Assembly: GCA_903824675.1 (NCBI GenBank)
Contig: CAIJXV010000009.1
Span: 956 to 64,955, forward strand
Direction: 5' to 3'
DNA length: 64,000 nucleotides
Origin: an uncultured bacterium
Lineage (GTDB): Bacteria; Verrucomicrobiota; Kiritimatiellia; CAIKKV01; CAIJXV01
Part shown: one piece after another, positions 7,850 through 18,757 of the stretch
Numbering within the stretch: position 1 is the first letter of the stretch
Layout: each line of letters starts with the position of its first letter
Translations under genes and position numbers: made by a program
Notes under the pieces: generated by a model
Databases searched by the model: none
What the model saw: only the letters and a program-made list of their open reading frames with translations
Told to the model about the DNA's origin: nothing

Positions 7850-10783
7850 CTGTCGGGCGCGGATGGCTTCCAGCTTTTTGATGGACACCTGATCGAGGTC
7901 GCCAATGCCATAGCCCCCAATTCCCTTGCCGCTGCATTCTTTGATCAACAACTTATAGATTCGCGTGGCGGCATCGATGTCATTCAGTTTTTCCAGGCAT
8001 TCGGCTTGATGAAAAAGTCCAAGGTAACGCAGGGATAATCCATTGCCCAGCTTCCCGAACAACGTGGCGGCTTCAGAATATCGCCCGGATTTCTGGAGAC
8101 GCTTGGCCGTGTATAAGACAAAAAATCGCGCAAAACTGTTCGATTTCTCCGAATCCACCAGGGAAGCCCATTCCATGAGAAAGGCTAGTTCCGCCGCTTC
8201 TCCTTCCTTTTTTCTAATGGTCTCGCCTTTCTGAATTAAGACTTGTGATATTTCATATACTTGATCGCCGTCATGCGCTTGAATTCTAAGTTTGTAAAGC
8301 TGATCGGCTTCCGCATTTCGATTCATCGCGTCGAGACATTGCGCCTGTTGGAATTGAGCCTCGGTGCGCATATTCCCCTCAACCGTACTTCGCGAATTCA
8401 AATTCTGATGCCTCATCATATTGTGACATTTCTTGTCATAACAAAGGTCAAAAGCGTGTGATAGTTTGCCAAAAAGTGAGGCGGCTTCTTCAAAATGCCC
8501 GGTTGCTTTGAATCGTTTCGCGATCGGCATGACCACGAATGTGATGAACGAAACGTCTTTACTTTGAATGCAAGTCGTTGCTGGGTCCTTAAGATCGGCC
8601 CATTCTTTTAGGTAGGCGAATTCGGCTGCTTCCCCGTGTAAACGGCAAAGCTCCGTTCCGCTGGCGAGCACGGCTCCACGTATTTCATAGGGAATCGGGT
8701 TCGTTTTATAATTCGGATCTAATTGGCATATCGGAATCGTTTTTGCCCCGCCTTGGGCGGGGGTGGGGTCAATCCAGTGTGGATCGCATCGTTTTAGGGC
8801 GGGGGGCACCAACGTCTCGAGAAAAGTAATATCTCTCCTCATGTCAAAGCCCCGTTTGTCGGGTACCCAGGCGAAATCGACCAAACAGGTCTTTTGGAGG
8901 CCATTTCGGGTCATAAGGCGAAACGCCTTCTGGTAGGAATCTATGGCCTCTTTAATCAGCCCGGCCTTTTCAAACGCCTGGCCGCGATAATAGGCGATGG
9001 TTGCAAAGGTGCGTTCATCCAAATGAACTACATGGGATTGAATCTGTCCAGCATCGATTGAGAGACGCAAGTTCAGGGCGGCGAGACGCAGATTCTCCGC
9101 GGATGCGGTGTAATTCGTTTGCTGAAGTTGCAGGAGTCCAAGGCGGAAATAGGCACCGACGGCAAGGGCGGTGTTTGGGTGTTTTTCGATGATGGTCTTG
9201 AACAGGGATAAGGTTCTTTCGTCGGCCTTGAAAGACGGGTTTGGCATCAACGCAAGCCCGCCGCTCTTCTTACCGTTAATGTTGAGTGTTGGGCTGGCAC
9301 AGAAGAACAATGTTCGCGCATGGTCATACGTGTCTGGGGTCACCTTGTCCATGATGGTCGCGCAGATTGCGCCCCAGAAATTGTCATATGCCAAGATTGA
9401 TAATTCGGTGAAGACATCAAGATCGCCCGGCCGTTGGGCAAACAATTCCAGGAAAAGACCCAATCGATCCAATTTGTTTTCGACCGGGTTGGCGGCCACC
9501 ACCTCATACGGATCTTTCCAATCCGAGCCGATGGCCGAAGTAAGATTCGTTTGGGTTTCGTTAGAGGTTTCGCTCTGGCCGTTAGCCAGCAAACTCGACA
9601 CTTCCGTGGCGATCTTGTTTGCGATCCGATCGGTTGTTCCCGATTTCACAGGAACGTGCCAGGCCTTGAGCGAACGGCCGGTGAATGAGTCCTGGAGATG
9701 GAGTCCGATTTCGAATGAATTCCCAGGGTCATTGCCGGGCCGTATGCTGACGCCGAGGATCCAGGAGGCGACTGCAAAAGCGCGGTAGGCAGGAATGTCC
9801 CGTGCCTCAAATCGTTTGCTTAAAGTTAAATCCAGTTCGTCGGTGCGGCTTTCCAGGGCATCCCGGCCGATCAGCGTAATGCCATTGGCCGCAAGCTGGC
9901 TCTCCAGCAAGGTGCGCCACTCCGGGGCGATCCTTGGGTCAATTCCCGAGGCGGACGTGATGTTTAGCAATAACGCCGGGCGGGTGTTATGGTTGGGGGC
10001 CGGCTGATGGGTGGATATAGCGAGCGAGGGGGCAATTTTTTTGAGACGCGTATCCACCTCTTGGGCCAAGAGTGGGAGATCCGACTGGATGTAGCATTGG
10101 CGTTCGCGAATCAGGGCCAATACAAATCCAGGGTCGCGTCTGGCGGCCTCCGCGAAATAAGGCGCTGCGCGCAAGGGGCGCTGTTGGATACACCATCCCA
10201 AGCCCCGATAATAAAAATCTACAGCTTCCGGCACGCGGGCCAGCCGTGAATCGCCGGGTTCCGGCTTGAGTTGTCCGCCGGAAGCGATTCCCGTGATCGC
10301 CGCCGACGCGGATTCCACCATGTCGCCCAATGACTTAGGTAATTTCCCTTTGATCGCCACGGTTTTCTCCAAGGCGCCCGATGCTGATCGGACTATGCGC
10401 AGGGATAAGATGTCTTCCCCGGTGCCGGCAGTGATTTCGCCCGAGACCAGGAAATCCGCCAGACGCAGCTTGCTCCCCACAAACGAATCCGGCGTGATGA
10501 GACCATTGGCCCCGAGTCCCTGTTCCGCCAACACGCTCCAAACGAAATCCCGGTCGAGCACGTCCAAGGAAGCTTCGGTTCCCAGCCGGGCCGTGATCAG
10601 ATCTGGCAGCGCTTTCCCGGCCCACGCCAGGTCATTCGATGGTCCGGCACAAGTAAAAGGCAAAACGGCCACGCTGGGGCGGTGCTGTGTTTCTTCCGTG
10701 CCGGTTGCGGAATACGACCATCCTGTGGCGCCCATGATGATGGCAAACCAATATACAATCGGAATCCAAAGAAGTTTTTTCAT
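7820..10783 (-). CDS. Large secreted CsgG/TolB-N-like + TPR protein
   Basis: Signal peptide; SVAVLPF...VLDRDFVWSVLAEQGL; second unit LIGRDALESRTDELDL; several TPRs; internal duplication GEAAEFAYLKEWA / GEAAELAFLMEWA. Confidence 0.7.
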   Translation of the reverse strand: MKKLLWIPIVYWFAIIMGATGWSYSATGTEETQHRPSVAVLPFTCAGPSNDLAWAGKALPDLITARLGTEASLDVLDRDFVWSVLAEQGLGANGLITPDSFVGSKLRLADFLVSGEITAGTGEDILSLRIVRSASGALEKTVAIKGKLPKSLGDMVESASAAITGIASGGQLKPEPGDSRLARVPEAVDFYYRGLGWCIQQRPLRAAPYFAEAARRDPGFVLALIRERQCYIQSDLPLLAQEVDTRLKKIAPSLAISTHQPAPNHNTRPALLLNITSASGIDPRIAPEWRTLLESQLAANGITLIGRDALESRTDELDLTLSKRFEARDIPAYRAFAVASWILGVSIRPGNDPGNSFEIGLHLQDSFTGRSLKAWHVPVKSGTTDRIANKIATEVSSLLANGQSETSNETQTNLTSAIGSDWKDPYEVVAANPVENKLDRLGLFLELFAQRPGDLDVFTELSILAYDNFWGAICATIMDKVTPDTYDHARTLFFCASPTLNINGKKSGGLALMPNPSFKADERTLSLFKTIIEKHPNTALAVGAYFRLGLLQLQQTNYTASAENLRLAALNLRLSIDAGQIQSHVVHLDERTFATIAYYRGQAFEKAGLIKEAIDSYQKAFRLMTRNGLQKTCLVDFAWVPDKRGFDMRRDITFLETLVPPALKRCDPHWIDPTPAQGGAKTIPICQLDPNYKTNPIPYEIRGAVLASGTELCRLHGEAAEFAYLKEWADLKDPATTCIQSKDVSFITFVVMPIAKRFKATGHFEEAASLFGKLSHAFDLCYDKKCHNMMRHQNLNSRSTVEGNMRTEAQFQQAQCLDAMNRNAEADQLYKLRIQAHDGDQVYEISQVLIQKGETIRKKEGEAAELAFLMEWASLVDSEKSNSFARFFVLYTAKRLQKSGRYSEAATLFGKLGNGLSLRYLGLFHQAECLEKLNDIDAATRIYKLLIKECSGKGIGGYGIGDLDQVSIKKLEAIRARQEKAEAIRPK

Positions 10784-10796
10784 TGATCTGACGGAT

Positions 10797-10896
10797 CCCC
10801 CTCACCCCAACCCTCCCCCGCGGCGGGGGGAGGGAGGAGCGAATTAGGCGAATGTCGTCGCCATGATTAAACCCTCACCTTCGTCGGGGGGAGGGA
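10797..10896. repeat. CCCTCACCCCAACCCTCCC-type palindromic intergenic repeat (two units)
   Basis: CCCCCTCACCCCAACCCTCCCCCGCGGCGGGGGGAGGGAG and degenerate CCCTCACCTTCGTCGGGGGGAGGGA. Confidence 0.7.
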
Positions 10897-10937
10897 ATGC
10901 GACAAGCTGCTCATGAATCGCCCATCCTATCGCCGTT

Positions 10938-11918
10938 TTACTTCACCAACTGCGGCAACAGGCGTTCGGCGATCTGGGCGGCGGCGGCTTGCAAGGCATT
11001 TTTGCCGGCGATTTGTTCGGTCAGGTCCACCATGACGGCGGTTTGACGATCGATCGCGATGATCTTATCCGTCACCCGGTCCTTGGCCTTGATTTCCAGG
11101 CGCGATTTCACACTGACCAGACCGCCCCGCCGGGTGGCAAATTCGCTAAATCCTTCGCCTTCAATCAGAATGTCGGCCTTTTTAAGCCCCGTATCATTTG
11201 AATCCAGGACTTCAAAACCGCAGGATTTCAAGAATAGGATCAGTTCCGTTTGCGACGCGGGGTCAATCGTGGCCTGGCCCACATGGCGCTCTTGAACGTG
11301 AACGCTGACGGTCGGACGCTTGGCATCGCCCAGCTTGGCCTTCAAGAGGGCCAAGCGGTCCTCTATCTTGACGTTTTTGGCCACCAGTTCACCGGCTCGT
11401 TTGCTAATGGTCTCCGACACCTTGTTGGCCAGTTCCTGAACCAGGGGGGCAATGTCGTCGCTCGACTTGCCCTGCACGGATGAGCCTAAAACCCGGGTGG
11501 TTTCCGTTCCAATGATCTTGGCGACCAAAAACAACGTCTTGTCGGAGTCAATCACCGAGCCGGTAATCAGGATTTTGGCACCGGTCAATTTGCCGACTTG
11601 ATTTGCCTGATCCGGCGAAACCACGCCCGACAGGTTGAGTTCGGCTTCGGCCAGGGTTTTATCCAAGTCTGCACGATCGACCAGGAAAAGATCAGGATTG
11701 GCCGCCAGATAGGCGAAGAGCATGTCGCTGACTTTGGCTCCCATTTCCTTGACGCCGGCGCCTCGTTCCTGGAAGGGCAGAATGGCGGCGGGATAAACCT
11801 GGATCGGGGCTTGGGCCTCAACAGCGACCGGCCCCGCCGGTTTACTGATTTCTTCCGCCGCACCCGCCAACTGAATTCCCACCATTCCGCATAATAATCC
11901 GGCCAGTAGTGTTTTCAT
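10938..11918 (-). CDS. CsgG/HfaB-family secreted protein
   Basis: AILPFQER...LVDRADLDKTLAEAEL...QVGKLTGAKILITGS, a typical CsgG-like motif; signal peptide. Confidence 0.8.
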   Translation of the reverse strand: MKTLLAGLLCGMVGIQLAGAAEEISKPAGPVAVEAQAPIQVYPAAILPFQERGAGVKEMGAKVSDMLFAYLAANPDLFLVDRADLDKTLAEAELNLSGVVSPDQANQVGKLTGAKILITGSVIDSDKTLFLVAKIIGTETTRVLGSSVQGKSSDDIAPLVQELANKVSETISKRAGELVAKNVKIEDRLALLKAKLGDAKRPTVSVHVQERHVGQATIDPASQTELILFLKSCGFEVLDSNDTGLKKADILIEGEGFSEFATRRGGLVSVKSRLEIKAKDRVTDKIIAIDRQTAVMVDLTEQIAGKNALQAAAAQIAERLLPQLVK

Positions 11919-12979
11919 TCCCGTCCTCCTTGTTTGTTAGTTTGTTCGCGACAACTTTCCAGCATTCGCAGCAAAAGATAGCGTGGGGATGGATTAATAT
12001 CCCACGGGTCAACAATCGCAAATCCACAGATTAACAGGCGGCCCCCGTTCTTCCAGTGCAAATCAACCCACGGCCAGCCGGCCGGATCTTTTCCCGCCTC
12101 AATCCGTCCTTCAACATCGGCGTGGTTTCCCTGTAAAACCAGGGTAGACGCGAGAATCTCACGGTTGGGTGACCATTCCCCGGAATCCAGCCGCTTATCC
12201 AATTCGCGAATGATGTCGAGCCGTTTAAAAATCATTGATTGGGGTAGGGGGGTGCCGTCATTTGGGGGGACTGAGGAGAGTCCGATTTCGCCGCCGACAG
12301 GGGCGAACAAAATCACGGTCTTACCCTGTTCCGCCAATTCGAGCAGGAGGTGATCGAATTCCCGGTATTCTTTTAGATTCAGTCCTTCCCCAATCACGAG
12401 GGTTTGGTGTGAAGTGGTGCGAAGCGCTTCGGTCCGGGGAATGATTTCAAACTGAATTCCAGCATCCTTAAAACATTGAGCCGTCTTTTCGGCGGGATCG
12501 AAGAGCCCCAGATCGAGTTCCTTCATTAATCGGGACTGATCCGCAAAGGCATCAGCAGGGAAGAGCCAGATCCGAGTGCGAATATTCGTGCTGACCTGAT
12601 TGGCCCCGGTCGCGATGAATGAAATGGACAGTTCGGCAGGATAAATGGCGCCGGGCTTGACGTCCGGGAAGGTCACGGGCAAAGAAAGGACTTGGGGTTC
12701 GCCGGGTTTCAGGCTCAATTCCCTTTCCCGCACTTCAATGGAGCGATCATTCACCAGCAGGCTGTGTCCCAATCGCCCGGATACCGGGGTCTCGGCCGAA
12801 ATCTGGATTTGGACTTCGTTAGTGGTTCCCCCGAAATAGGCCTGGTGTCCGACAACGGACAAGATCGGAATCGCGTTTTGGGCTTGAACGACTCCGAAGG
12901 TTAAGAGGCCGATGAGGAGTGCGATTCCACAGTGTAGTCCGGTGAAGGTATGGGGTTGAACCGAAAACAGGCGTTTCAT
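11915..12979 (-). CDS. Secreted hypothetical protein, coupled to the CsgG gene
   Basis: 354-aa ORF with signal peptide, GGGAGG RBS, ATGA overlap with the next gene. Confidence 0.7.
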   Translation of the reverse strand: MKRLFSVQPHTFTGLHCGIALLIGLLTFGVVQAQNAIPILSVVGHQAYFGGTTNEVQIQISAETPVSGRLGHSLLVNDRSIEVRERELSLKPGEPQVLSLPVTFPDVKPGAIYPAELSISFIATGANQVSTNIRTRIWLFPADAFADQSRLMKELDLGLFDPAEKTAQCFKDAGIQFEIIPRTEALRTTSHQTLVIGEGLNLKEYREFDHLLLELAEQGKTVILFAPVGGEIGLSSVPPNDGTPLPQSMIFKRLDIIRELDKRLDSGEWSPNREILASTLVLQGNHADVEGRIEAGKDPAGWPWVDLHWKNGGRLLICGFAIVDPWDINPSPRYLLLRMLESCREQTNKQGGRE

Positions 12980-13240
12980 TGACAGGACCCTCCCTTGTTT
13001 AACTGTTCGACGGGGCGTGCGCCGATTGCCGTTGTTTTACAGATCATGAGGCTTGTATTCAGAATGCCTCATGCACCTCTTTTAACCTATTAGACCCGGC
13101 AAAGGGAGCGAATTTTGAATAAAAATTTAATTCAATCCACTTCGCGTCCCCCAGGGATGCCCAGGCTGTAGGGGCTTAGGCTTTAGGCTGTTAGGTCAAG
13201 GCACAGACTGCAAACCTGTAACCCCGCGGGTTGGGATCAT

Positions 13241-16200
13241 TTAGCGTGTCTCCGGTTGCCACCCCAAGGATTTCAGATATTCCAGATCTTCGGGCCATAG
13301 GGATTTGATCTGTATGGGCCAAACTTCGTACGACTGTCTCTTTGTCAGGATAATCGATATGGTTTGGTCCCCAGCCTTTGGTAAATCCGTCAGACACCCA
13401 ACCAGGCCTCCGAGGCTTTGCCAGCTCCGTTCATCGCCCAACCCCTGACGAAACATCGTCAGAAAAACACGGGCCTCCTGGCCGATCCGGACATCACCCA
13501 TACCGCTAAGGTTTTCTTTTCCCCTAATGGAAACCCAAATATTCACAGTTCCGGAAGGAAGTGCCGTCGCGATTTCTTTCCATATAGCTGCGGACTTCTC
13601 TTTGCGCCCGAGTTGGTGATACAAGTGAGCCTCATAATAAGCGGTATTGGCCCACAATTCCTGATCTTTCGTCAATTGCCGCGTCTTATCGTAACATAAC
13701 AAAGCCACCTCATCGTCGTGGGCATCCTGACATTGCCGACCGGCGAAAAACCAGACCCAGGCCTTCACCGACCCGCCGCAGTTGGAAGGTTGCGCATCAA
13801 CCTCTGGACGAACATAACCATTCAGAAACTCATCAGCCTCCGAAACCCGATTGAGGATCGCGGCGCATCTGCACAGGCCGATCATCCATTCCCACGTCAA
13901 ATTGGAGTCCCACGCCAGGCGTTTGGAGTCCACAGTCTTCTTCGCTCGTTGGTACCACTCCAAACTTTTTTGATAACGATGTTCCGCAAGCCATTGATTG
14001 CCCACAAATACGGACAACTCCCAGGGGGCGGAATCGAACGAGGAGCCCAGCCGCGATAATGCATCGAGACTAATTCTTTCGCAATCAGCGGCTTTGAATC
14101 CGGATTGCTCCAGAATCCCGGGCAACAGGGCCAAATTCAGGCGCGGGGGATGGAAGAAGGGATCGAACACACTAACCCAATCCGGCTTAAGACCCGCTGC
14201 AGTTAGCAAGGAGGCCATTTCACGATGATACATCAATACGTCGACGGTCGGGACATTCATATCGCAATCCATCGCCTCTAATCCACGCACGGCGCGATAG
14301 GCCGTGGTCACCCGCACCGCAGCCACTTTCAAATCCGCGGTCGCGGAATTGGTCAGTGTCTCCGGAGAAACCATGGTCCGGTGGAGTTGACGCAAACTGG
14401 GATCATCGGTGTAGCCCACAATCCGCTTCGGATCGGGCGTATAGGTAATATCACGGGCGATTTGCAGGAGGCGCAGGGCAAGCGACATATTGGTAATGGG
14501 TCCGGTACTATAGGGCTTTTCGGGCGAGATCTTCCAGTCCGTAATCAGGGCATCGAGCGTGCGAAGAGCCTTTACACGAACGATATCCAGTTGCTCAAAA
14601 GTTGCATTGGTGGAATTGAGTTCAATATCCAGTTGCCGAACTTGGAGATCATAATTGGGAGGGGCGTCGGTCGCACCCCCTTCCAGGCGAATTCGAAGGT
14701 CGACGAGCAGAGCATGAATGGGTTTGTAACTGGAAATCTCAAAATCAATCGCGGTACCACCTTCCCTCCAACCTACCCCGGGTTTCGGTAAGGGAATTCC
14801 AACCATAAGATGTGGGTAATCCGCATATTCTTTGGGCAGAACCAGCCAACGCTCTGCCTGGCGCAAATACGCTTGGGCCTCTTCTTTCCGCCCCAGTTCG
14901 GTGGCCGATAACGCCAACAGGCAATAAGTCGATGCCATCCATATTTTTTCCCGAATAGCCGATTTGTGATTTAAGGTCTTCGCACACTCCGGGTTATCCA
15001 TGATCCCGTCCACCACTTTTCCGAGGTAGTTGATGGCGTCGGGCCATTGCCTCTGTTCAAAAGCCCTCGTTCCACGACAGGACCAAACACACCGCGCAGC
15101 CAAAGCGGTGGACTTGGCTTCTATAACCCGATCCCCAAAACACTCAAAAAGTTTCCATGGAACCTCCTCCGCTGACGCCGTCGGTTCTGGATGAGATTGC
15201 AAATAAAACGAGGCAACGCTCTCATTCGAACCTGAAGGGCGCATAGCCATGCGGCAAATCCATTCATAGATGGTATAATCATACGGTGGAATCGCATCGG
15301 CTGTATCAATCTTCCGGTGGATTGAACTGGCATGCTGAAAATAGTCGGCTGCCTTGTTCCAATCATGGCCGTTATACGCCTGCATTCCACGCCAGAATAA
15401 AATTTGGGCTGCCTCCGCACTTTCGGGGGAATTTGCGATGACGCGATCTCCCAGCAGCTCATGCTTTACGACCGGCACCAGGGGATTCCCAATGGCCCAT
15501 CCATAACTGTCCAGCCAAACCGCAGGGTCTTTACTCTCGATGGCCGAATCAAGAATATAGTTGAGTTCATAAGCTGCAAAACGGGTCCGCCCGAATTGCA
15601 TAAAAAGGCCATACAGCTGACGATGCTGGTCCTCCCCTTGACGGATGGCCCACAAGGTCTGTCCAATCGCCTGGTAGCCACTGGGGAACTTCGCTTGGAG
15701 CCGATCGGGAAGCGCCTTTGCCGGACTTGCCGGTTCGTGAAATTGGACCGGTGTCGTTTCCGTTGTTTTCCAACCCGTCAGAAGGGCTTCGATCATGGCT
15801 GTCAGGTCGGTAGCCAAATTTGTTCCAAGGAATTCCTCCCGGCTCGTGAGGACGGAACCTGAAATGGGGTCCAGAATTTCCAACCGGATTCTCTTTCTCC
15901 CGTTGGTTTCGAATTGTGAGCAGAACAGGAGGCCATCGAGAACCAGCCACTTGTCGTAAAGGGGCAAGGATTGCGCGCCGAATCCCGATGATAAATGAAG
16001 ATCCAATTCGCCAATCACACTCGCAAAACTTTCGGTGTTAAAGAGCCGAACCTGCGGTGAACGCAGGAGGGGTTCTTCCAGCGCCGCACGCAGAGCTTTC
16101 ACCGCGCCCATCGACTGGGTGGTGACCGAGAGAACGGGATCGGCGATAAATGGATCGAGCACCGCCAGGGTGCGAACCGATGAGAGTGTATCTTTACCCG

Positions 16201-17038
16201 GCTGCCGGATTTTCGTGGGTGACACGAGGTCTGTCGTATTTGTGTATAAAGCCACATATTGCGAGAAACCTGCCATTTGGTAAGCTTTGCGTTCCCAGTA
16301 CCCGGCTTGGACAAAACGCAAATCCAGTTCGCCGGCACAGATGAACCATCCGACCGCGTGTTCCGGAAACCCTTGCGCACACAATTCGATTCCCTTGTAA
16401 AAAAAGATCAGCACCTCCGGCATGGGCAAATAAGTATTGGTTGGTGCCGGTGCCGGTATACCCCCTTCTTGAAAACCGCTCAGGTGGGTTGCCAGTGCTT
16501 TTCCCAAGGCGCTAATTAGTTGGGGTAGTTCGTCAGGAAAAAGACCTTCCTCCGAAACGGAAGCTTGGATCTGATTCTCGGGAACGGACACGGCGGTTGC
16601 GGATAGCCGGATGCGATTGTCGCCGGTAACCGTTAGATTTCCCCGCACCAGACAGCGGGCTTTCAAGAATCGGCCCATCGACAATTCGTCCTTCGTCATC
16701 CCTGTGCTGAAGAGTCTCTGTTCGTTGAGCATCGCTCGAATATAATCGCGGTCTAAGGTTTGAATTCCCTGTTTCTGAAGTTCCACTTGCAGGAGGTCGG
16801 CTAATCCCAACTTTGCCCATCCAAAGTCCAGACCACGATCTTCAATAATTTCGAATTCTAAGATGGCAATGGGGGGCTGATCGTGCGACGGCGACTCGGC
16901 CAAAGACGGGAGGATAATTAGTAGAAATGCGATTCCGCCTTTTAAAAGCCTCCGCACGCCTGAATAATGGCTTACGCCATTAATGGAAAGACGCTTCGAG
17001 AAAGCGTCCATGGAAAATCGCAAAAGAAATATCGCCAT
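13241..17038 (-). CDS. Large CsgG/TolB-N-like + TPR protein, paralogue of 7820-10783
   Basis: IAILEF...TLDRDYIRAMLNEQRL; PEVLIFFYKGIELC aligns with PEAVDFYYRGLGWC; many TPR-like helices. Confidence 0.7.
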   Translation of the reverse strand: MAIFLLRFSMDAFSKRLSINGVSHYSGVRRLLKGGIAFLLIILPSLAESPSHDQPPIAILEFEIIEDRGLDFGWAKLGLADLLQVELQKQGIQTLDRDYIRAMLNEQRLFSTGMTKDELSMGRFLKARCLVRGNLTVTGDNRIRLSATAVSVPENQIQASVSEEGLFPDELPQLISALGKALATHLSGFQEGGIPAPAPTNTYLPMPEVLIFFYKGIELCAQGFPEHAVGWFICAGELDLRFVQAGYWERKAYQMAGFSQYVALYTNTTDLVSPTKIRQPGKDTLSSVRTLAVLDPFIADPVLSVTTQSMGAVKALRAALEEPLLRSPQVRLFNTESFASVIGELDLHLSSGFGAQSLPLYDKWLVLDGLLFCSQFETNGRKRIRLEILDPISGSVLTSREEFLGTNLATDLTAMIEALLTGWKTTETTPVQFHEPASPAKALPDRLQAKFPSGYQAIGQTLWAIRQGEDQHRQLYGLFMQFGRTRFAAYELNYILDSAIESKDPAVWLDSYGWAIGNPLVPVVKHELLGDRVIANSPESAEAAQILFWRGMQAYNGHDWNKAADYFQHASSIHRKIDTADAIPPYDYTIYEWICRMAMRPSGSNESVASFYLQSHPEPTASAEEVPWKLFECFGDRVIEAKSTALAARCVWSCRGTRAFEQRQWPDAINYLGKVVDGIMDNPECAKTLNHKSAIREKIWMASTYCLLALSATELGRKEEAQAYLRQAERWLVLPKEYADYPHLMVGIPLPKPGVGWREGGTAIDFEISSYKPIHALLVDLRIRLEGGATDAPPNYDLQVRQLDIELNSTNATFEQLDIVRVKALRTLDALITDWKISPEKPYSTGPITNMSLALRLLQIARDITYTPDPKRIVGYTDDPSLRQLHRTMVSPETLTNSATADLKVAAVRVTTAYRAVRGLEAMDCDMNVPTVDVLMYHREMASLLTAAGLKPDWVSVFDPFFHPPRLNLALLPGILEQSGFKAADCERISLDALSRLGSSFDSAPWELSVFVGNQWLAEHRYQKSLEWYQRAKKTVDSKRLAWDSNLTWEWMIGLCRCAAILNRVSEADEFLNGYVRPEVDAQPSNCGGSVKAWVWFFAGRQCQDAHDDEVALLCYDKTRQLTKDQELWANTAYYEAHLYHQLGRKEKSAAIWKEIATALPSGTVNIWVSIRGKENLSGMGDVRIGQEARVFLTMFRQGLGDERSWQSLGGLVGCLTDLPKAGDQTISIILTKRQSYEVWPIQIKSLWPEDLEYLKSLGWQPETR

Positions 17039-17228
17039 GTCCGGATGGTGCCAAAACGAGGTGGTAAAGACAAGTCCGACAACATAAAAGTATAAATCTT
17101 ATTGCCAAGATAAGAAGGTCGGCATTGATCAAACTCCATGCGAGAATTGTTTCTCAGTCTTTCGCCTCGGTTGCTTTAAGTTGTCCGTTTGTCTTGACAG
17201 TTATTGATATGTGACTATATTTGAGGAT

Positions 17229-17837
17229 ATGACAAAGAAGGACACCCAGATCGGTCGGCTTCGGGAACTTGTGCATCGCCGTGGGATTTTGCACGCTCGC
17301 GACCTGACACCACTTGGAATTCCCAAAAGATATCTGGGGCGGCTTTGTGCCGAAGGGGTCCTCGTCAAAACTGGCCGGGGCCTGTATATGACAGCCGGAA
17401 TCCCCGAGACCGCACATCTTGGGCTGGCCCTGGTTACCAAGGCGATCCCCAAAAGTGTGATTTGCCTGCTATCGGCCTTGCGTTTCCATGAAATTGGGAC
17501 CCAGAGCCCGCATCAGGTCTGGATTGCGATGGATCGGCGGTCAGCCCGACCGCATCTGACATATCCCAAAATCCGGATTATGCGATTTTCTGGGAAATCC
17601 CTCACAGATGGCATTGACACGCATCTCATCGCTGGGGTTCAGGTGCGGATCTACAATCCGGCTAAAACGGTGGCAGATTGTTTCAAATACCGAAATAAAC
17701 TCGGTCTGGATGTCGCTATGGAAGCTCTACGGGAAGCCGTTCGGAATCGTAAGTGCACCGCGGACGATCTTTGGCGGTATGCGACGATCTGTCGAGTCAC
17801 CAAAGTCATACGGCCCTATATGGAGGCCATACTATGA
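17229..17837 (+). CDS. abiEi: Type IV TA antitoxin, AbiEi family
   Basis: wHTH + GRGLY, ICLLSALRFHEIGTQ, YNPAKTVADCFKYRNKLGLDVA; TTGACA at 17194 upstream. Confidence 0.88.
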   Translation: MTKKDTQIGRLRELVHRRGILHARDLTPLGIPKRYLGRLCAEGVLVKTGRGLYMTAGIPETAHLGLALVTKAIPKSVICLLSALRFHEIGTQSPHQVWIAMDRRSARPHLTYPKIRIMRFSGKSLTDGIDTHLIAGVQVRIYNPAKTVADCFKYRNKLGLDVAMEALREAVRNRKCTADDLWRYATICRVTKVIRPYMEAIL

Positions 17838-18754
17838 CCCAGGCCAAGCCCACAAATATGGCGGCATCCATCCGGCAAAAACTCTTGAACTTTGCTAACC
17901 AGACCGGGGATGATCCCAATGTTATCTGGACACGGTATGCCATCGAACGCCTGCTTTATCGGTTATCGGTCTCCGAATTTAAAGAGGAGTTCGTGCTCAA
18001 GGGGGCCGCTCTTTTCATGGTCTGGCTCAATGAACCTCATCGGCCAACGATGGACTTGGATCTTCTTGGGCACGGCGAGGACTCCAATGAACACGTGGGA
18101 GATATTTTTCGAAAAGTCTGCCGCATGGACATCGAGAACGACGGCCTGAATTTCAGGGAAGAGAGTATTCGGGTCGTGCCGATCCGGGAAACGATGGAAT
18201 ATCACGGGCGCAGAGTCAATCTCCAGGCGTACTTGGGCAAAGTGCGCATACCGCTTCAGGTGGACATCGGCTTTGGAGACGTTGTGACCCCCAAAGCGGA
18301 AATGATCGAATATCCGACATTACTGGAACTGCCGGCTCCCCGAATTCGGGCCTATCCACAGCCTACGGTTATTGCCGAAAAGCTGCACGCGATGGTCACC
18401 TTGGGCATCACTAACAGCCGGATGAAAGACTTTTACGACCTATATGCGTTGGCAAGCCGGTTCGCCTTCGAGGGTCCGATCCTGATGAAAGCCATAAAGG
18501 CAACTTTCCAGCGGCGCAAAACGGATATTCCGTCCGAAACTCCGATGGCGCTCACGGAAGAACTCAGCCGAGACAACACGAAAAATATTCAGTGGAATGC
18601 GTTTATTCGAAAGAGCGGCATTGAACCGAAAGGGCTGTTGTTTGAGGAAGTGTTGTCATTGCTTCGCACATTCCTGCTTCCGGTGCTGAAAGTCACCGCC
18701 GAACAGAGCCTTGTTCCAAACCATTGGAAGGCTGGCGGACCTTGGATTGAATGA
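17834..18754 (+). CDS. abiEii: Type IV TA toxin, AbiEii nucleotidyltransferase
   Basis: FVLKGAAL, RPTMDLDL, AEKLHA, SRMKDFYD motifs; ATGA overlap with abiEi. Confidence 0.9.
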   Translation: MTQAKPTNMAASIRQKLLNFANQTGDDPNVIWTRYAIERLLYRLSVSEFKEEFVLKGAALFMVWLNEPHRPTMDLDLLGHGEDSNEHVGDIFRKVCRMDIENDGLNFREESIRVVPIRETMEYHGRRVNLQAYLGKVRIPLQVDIGFGDVVTPKAEMIEYPTLLELPAPRIRAYPQPTVIAEKLHAMVTLGITNSRMKDFYDLYALASRFAFEGPILMKAIKATFQRRKTDIPSETPMALTEELSRDNTKNIQWNAFIRKSGIEPKGLLFEEVLSLLRTFLLPVLKVTAEQSLVPNHWKAGGPWIE

Positions 18755-18757
18755 CAT

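Noticed and set aside
13164..13195. TAGGCT-like short tandem repeats
   Set aside because: Only 3-4 degenerate units; no function can be supported.
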